This document shows, in pieces, positions 60,076-64,000 of a stretch of DNA of 64,000 nucleotides. Position 1 is the first letter of the stretch; the number at the start of each line of letters is the position of its first letter. Position numbers and translations under genes: made by a program. The notes under the pieces were generated by a model that was not told where the DNA came from, searched no databases, and worked only from the letters and a program-made list of their open reading frames with translations. The DNA comes from a virus, in the IMG/VR virus record IMGVR_UViG_3300028025_003409, positions 32,001 through 96,000 of that record; one strand, given 5' to 3'.

Positions 60076-60858
60076 TCATTGTTCTACCCTATCTAAAAAA
60101 TGTTTTGCAAAATACATACTGGTGATAACTCCTGGATGCACAGAGTCTGCAGCGCTAACTAAAAAGTCTTTATCGTATCCGTCTAAATCATCTTTATTAA
60201 GGCTCATTAGAAAATCCTCTTCTCTTTCAAGGTCCATATTACCATAGTTTGAAAACCCTAAAGTAGAAAATATGTGACTTGTTTCATCATCCCAAGAGGA
60301 TGTATATAGTTTTATTCCTAATTGACTGCAGAATATCTCAAAAGATCTATAGTACGCTTGGCAAGAATATATCATGGAGTGCTCAGACATAGTGCTAGAA
60401 CTATCTAAATCATTTTGGTGGCGCATTTTAATAACAAACAAATCTCCATCTGTAGTTGGCCAATTTGTTCTAAATAAGTCTGGAAGCAATAAGAATATGT
60501 AATCTGGTTTTCCAAATAAATTAATGTATTTATAAATATTATCGATTATTTTTTGCACACTTCCTCCTGGATAGGAAAGCGTGAATGGTTTAGATGTGTC
60601 AAACTTTTTTGACATGCCTTTGTGTACGTGGTACTGCCATGAATAACCTTCTGGTAGATACTCACCAAATGCCATTGAGCAACCAGCGTACAAAATATTT
60701 GTTTTGCTTTTGTCTAATACATCAAAGTCTTCAGATCTATGGCCAAAATTATTCATCCTATATTTTATTTTTGGTATAGTTTTTTTGTTAATCTTATTAA
60801 TTCTTTCTTTAAAAACATCAGTCACGCTGTACTCTTTATTAAAAGATATGTTTTGCAA
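60076..60858 (-). CDS. SGNH-like protein (GCS), paralog 4
   Basis: NNFGHRSEDF; YAGCS; DSVHPG. Confidence 0.7.
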   Translation of the reverse strand: MQNISFNKEYSVTDVFKERINKINKKTIPKIKYRMNNFGHRSEDFDVLDKSKTNILYAGCSMAFGEYLPEGYSWQYHVHKGMSKKFDTSKPFTLSYPGGSVQKIIDNIYKYINLFGKPDYIFLLLPDLFRTNWPTTDGDLFVIKMRHQNDLDSSSTMSEHSMIYSCQAYYRSFEIFCSQLGIKLYTSSWDDETSHIFSTLGFSNYGNMDLEREEDFLMSLNKDDLDGYDKDFLVSAADSVHPGVITSMYFAKHFLDRVEQ

Positions 60859-60941
60859 AGAAGGCTCTATAGTGTTTGAAAACTCAACCTTTGTGAAAAG
60901 TTCTTTATTATTGTAGAAATATTCTGGATTTCTTATTAGGT

Positions 60942-61829
60942 TTATTTTTTTACTCCTAACTTTTTAACTATTTTTTTATTTTTGGCTGCTATTTTTTTGA
61001 CAATAACTTTGGGCTTAGTAGAAACTGAATTTGCTGCAACAACAGCAGTAGTTGTTTCTTCTATTTTTGTAGACTTTATAGGTTCTAAAATTAAAGGATT
61101 TGCCAATAAAAATTCTTTTGCTTGATCTATCAGATATAAATGATGATGGATTAGAGCATTTCTTGCTAAAGAAATTGGTTGACTATCTGATGAACAGAAT
61201 GGCTTATTTGATGAAACTGTTGCTCCTAAATAGTATACATAATCATTATCAAAAACATAGGAAGGTCCTCCAGAGTCTCCACTACATACTTCAGATAAAT
61301 TATTTATTGAATAAAACTCAGTATATCCATCATGCCCGTTCATATACGCAGGAGGATTTTTAACAAACCTAAATGCTGCACGAGATGGAGTAGAGCCATA
61401 AGAATATCTATCTATTAATCCATGCCCATAAAAATAAACAATGCTTTCTGACTCTGTAAACCTTTTGATATCCTCATAAGATGCTATCTTGATATTATTT
61501 TTTATTGGCATATCTTTATCAACAACAATTGCCATAATGTCATTTTCTCTGTTATTAACATAGTCTTTGATTGGAACAAAACTTGATATTACCCTATACA
61601 TAACTTTATTATTTTTGCCTTCTTCATAAAAACTAATCAAAGTTGAACCAGTTTTGACTGAGCAATGTTGTGCTAAGATCAAGATTCTTGTAGAGATTGG
61701 TGCTGCAGAGCAGCCAGAGTCTGTTTTTGCAACAAGAGTGTTATCTGATACATCCTCTCCTTTATATATTGCATTTGCAGAAGGTGTAATAAAAGTAAAG
61801 AATAGCAATATCGATATAAATTTTTTCAT
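60942..61829 (-). CDS. Secreted trypsin-like serine protease
   Basis: Signal peptide MKKFISILL...ANA; AQHC; NDI; CSGDSGGP; Lys-rich tail. Confidence 0.85.
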   Translation of the reverse strand: MKKFISILLFFTFITPSANAIYKGEDVSDNTLVAKTDSGCSAAPISTRILILAQHCSVKTGSTLISFYEEGKNNKVMYRVISSFVPIKDYVNNRENDIMAIVVDKDMPIKNNIKIASYEDIKRFTESESIVYFYGHGLIDRYSYGSTPSRAAFRFVKNPPAYMNGHDGYTEFYSINNLSEVCSGDSGGPSYVFDNDYVYYLGATVSSNKPFCSSDSQPISLARNALIHHHLYLIDQAKEFLLANPLILEPIKSTKIEETTTAVVAANSVSTKPKVIVKKIAAKNKKIVKKLGVKK

Positions 61830-61830
61830 A

Positions 61831-62376
61831 TTACTCCTGTGATAACGATCCAAAGCCCATAGATACGGCGCATCTAGGTGAGTTTGCAGACACTTCGTGC
61901 CAACGACTTGGTGGACAATAAATTATATCTCCTTGGTTAAGTGTCTCTACAATGTCTATATCTGTTTCATTTTTGTAAATTGTCCATGTACTGCTACCTT
62001 GTAGTTGCCAAAAAATAACATGCTCAGGTTCATGGTGCTTTCCACCATAAGATCCTTCTTGTGTTGTAAGACTTATGTATATCTGATGAGCATAATCTTC
62101 TTCATCTAAATCTTCAAAGTGAGGAGATTTGGCAAAAACAGAATATAGTTTATCTACAAGTAGTCTAACTTCTGGAATTCTGGTTGCTTCAATAAGTCTA
62201 AATCCATAGTCTTTATAAATTTTACTTCCAATTTGACCACCATTTAATACATCATAATTTAATAATTCAAGAACTGTTTGCCAAGAAACATCTGGAAAAT
62301 TAGAGCCACGAATAACAAAAGGGGTATTGTTTTTAAACTTACTTATGTTTTGATCATTAATTAAAGTACTAAACAC
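61831..62376 (-). CDS. JmjC/cupin-4-like hydroxylase
   Basis: KHHE..VIFWQLQGSSTW; GDIIYCP..WHEV; R; paralog of 21757-22521. Confidence 0.75.
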   Translation of the reverse strand: MFSTLINDQNISKFKNNTPFVIRGSNFPDVSWQTVLELLNYDVLNGGQIGSKIYKDYGFRLIEATRIPEVRLLVDKLYSVFAKSPHFEDLDEEDYAHQIYISLTTQEGSYGGKHHEPEHVIFWQLQGSSTWTIYKNETDIDIVETLNQGDIIYCPPSRWHEVSANSPRCAVSMGFGSLSQE

Positions 62377-62386
62377 CTTGTCTCCT

Positions 62387-62578
62387 TTAAATCATTAGTC
62401 TGACTACATGGCAACACGGATCTCCACCGTCTTCCCACTCTTGTACTTCGTCTTCACCCATGAATTCATATCCACCATCATGTGTATTGCAGTATGGATC
62501 TGATATCCATCCTCTTTCAATACCGTTTCTTAGCCAGATACCAAATTCTGCGTCTTCTGTCTCGTCTTCTGTATGCAT
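62387..62578 (-). CDS. Small conserved acidic protein
   Basis: GIERGWISDPYCNTHDG...GDPCCHVVRL. Confidence 0.65.
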   Translation of the reverse strand: MHTEDETEDAEFGIWLRNGIERGWISDPYCNTHDGGYEFMGEDEVQEWEDGGDPCCHVVRLMI

Positions 62579-62593
62579 ATTTAAAGTATACTC

Positions 62594-63118
62594 CTAAAGA
62601 CTGACAATGTCAACTGGGCCCATACAGGATGGGTTAAATTTAATTGCAGCGTTTACTGCTTGTGCTACTCTGTTCCTTGCATTTTTTTGTTTGTCTGTTG
62701 CGTACAGAACTCCATAAGCGTACTCTGCTCCTGAGCCCATTGCAAGATATGGAAGTGTGTACTTAGATAAAGACATGTCAGCAGAACTATGCTCATAGAT
62801 TTCTCCACGAACCGCAATGATCAAACCAAGATCTCCATCTTTAGATGTGTCAACCCAGAACTCATTATAAAATTCTTTAAGTTCTTTAATAAACTTAGTT
62901 TGCATAAACTTGTCTGTGTCTTTAATATTAGGTGCTGTTGGCTTAAAGTTATAACGGATTCTTTCTCCGTCCATTGCCCCCGCATACCCAATAAGATATG
63001 GACCTATCTTCCAAACCTTTGGTGCATCAAGTGCTAAAATAGTTCCATCATCTGAAGCCCCACGGTCTCCAGCCATGTAGATCTTATCTTCATGTTTTAC
63101 TACGGCAATACAAGTCAT
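62594..63118 (-). CDS. Ntn-hydrolase, HslV/proteasome-beta-like peptidase
   Basis: M-T-C N-terminus after an AGAGGG RBS; AGDR; K; GYAG; AMGSG. Confidence 0.75.
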   Translation of the reverse strand: MTCIAVVKHEDKIYMAGDRGASDDGTILALDAPKVWKIGPYLIGYAGAMDGERIRYNFKPTAPNIKDTDKFMQTKFIKELKEFYNEFWVDTSKDGDLGLIIAVRGEIYEHSSADMSLSKYTLPYLAMGSGAEYAYGVLYATDKQKNARNRVAQAVNAAIKFNPSCMGPVDIVSL

Positions 63119-63196
63119 GGCAAAAGCCCTCTCCAGATAGGTGATACTTAAGTATACCATTGCCTAGAGAGGGCTGTCAAGCAAGGTCAATAATGA

Positions 63197-63690
63197 CTAA
63201 TTAGCCTTTTTGTCTACCGTTTTAAACGCATCATTGATCTCTGCCAATGTGAGTTTTCCATCGTCCAAAAAAGCCCTTGCCAGTCTTTCAATGACTGTTG
63301 CTACTCCTAATAGTCCTGCTAAGAATACTGCCTGAACTGTGTCAATTCCAACTACTGCTCCAGCACCAAGTACTGATAGACCAGATGCTGCAAAGACTGC
63401 GACAATACGCATAAGGATATTAGTGATTGCCTTTTGTGGGTGCTCCTTCTTAGGAGGCTCTACTACCTTTTTAGTTGCCATATTTAGTCCTCCTTTCTTA
63501 GCGGGATTGTGATAAGCCAGATTACTGTTGTTATTAGTACTGCAATACCAACAATGTCTCTTGCTGATCCCGTCAAAGTTAGCCATGCGATGAAGAAGCC
63601 AAGGAGAGTAAAGGCTTGTGCAATCACTTCCACCCCTGCATCTTTAAGCCATGTGAAGAATCCCTTCACAACCTTTTTGATTATTTTCAT
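63197..63690 (-). CDS. Two small membrane proteins (63197-63481 and 63484-63690)
   Basis: GGAGG RBSs; hydrophobic helices. Confidence 0.65.
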
Positions 63691-63691
63691 A

Positions 63692-64000
63692 TTACCTCCT
63701 CATCCCAATCATTACATTTGCAATCTGTGAAACAATGATTACTGGGATAATGACTTCCTGGGCTTTTTCTCTCTGATCGTCTGTCATGTCCATACCCAAC
63801 TCAGAGAAATTGGATAGGAGTTCTGTAACATCCACTGCAAATACTGCTCCAAGTGGGTCTGCTAAGAATGCTTCTGTTTGTACTTCTGTTACTGCATCTG
63901 CTAATGTAAATGGCATTGGTGTCTCCCCTGCAGTTTCTGCTCTGTCTGTGAACTCAACGAATGCTTCTGCAAGTGCTGGGTTAGACTTCATCTGCTCAGC
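63692..64000 (-). CDS. C-terminal part of a larger protein (start outside the window)
   Basis: Open frame to the window edge. Confidence 0.6.
   Translation of the reverse strand, partial: AEQMKSNPALAEAFVEFTDRAETAGETPMPFTLADAVTEVQTEAFLADPLGAVFAVDVTELLSNFSELGMDMTDDQREKAQEVIIPVIIVSQIANVMIGMRR

Noticed and set aside
1-64000. Stop-codon reassignment
   Set aside because: Recognisable genes are intact in code 11, TAA/TAG/TGA all end genes, and there is no suppressor tRNA

Overview
This 64 kb AT-rich window is part of a large tailed phage genome. The host is most likely a low-GC (freshwater-type) Actinobacterium, inferred from a WhiB gene, a Gp88-like gene, leaderless TGnTAnnnT promoters and actinobacterial regulator motifs. 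There are three blocks. (1) 1-23.6 kb, mostly minus strand: a class II ribonucleotide reductase and a tail/fibre module. It includes two paralogous surface proteins with 15 and 17 (Y/F)(S/T)F(T/V)P pentapeptides followed by a C-terminal Hint (intein-like) domain. (2) 24-41.8 kb, plus strand: an 'early' region of small acidic ORFs in 1-2 kb modules. Its spacers carry recurrent motifs: TGTCAG-N10-TAnnnT (PafBC/RecA-NDp-type promoters), CRP boxes, GACAC boxes, DnaA boxes, GGGACGTC boxes and a covarying RNA pseudoknot. An iteron-rich origin candidate and 5 tRNAs are also here. (3) 41.8-64 kb, minus strand: auxiliary genes (Hsp20, WhiB, thioredoxin, SNase, APS kinase, CHAP endolysin, proteases) and a large modification cluster of 2OG-Fe(II)/JmjC oxygenases, a GT60-like hydroxyproline GlcNAc-transferase, a carbamoyltransferase and SGNH-like paralogs. 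The best novel-system candidates are a virion-protein modification pathway (YSFTP repeat + Hint substrates, prolyl hydroxylation, glycosylation) and an early region wired to host DNA-damage and global regulators. All family calls come from recognising motifs by eye; no database searches were run.
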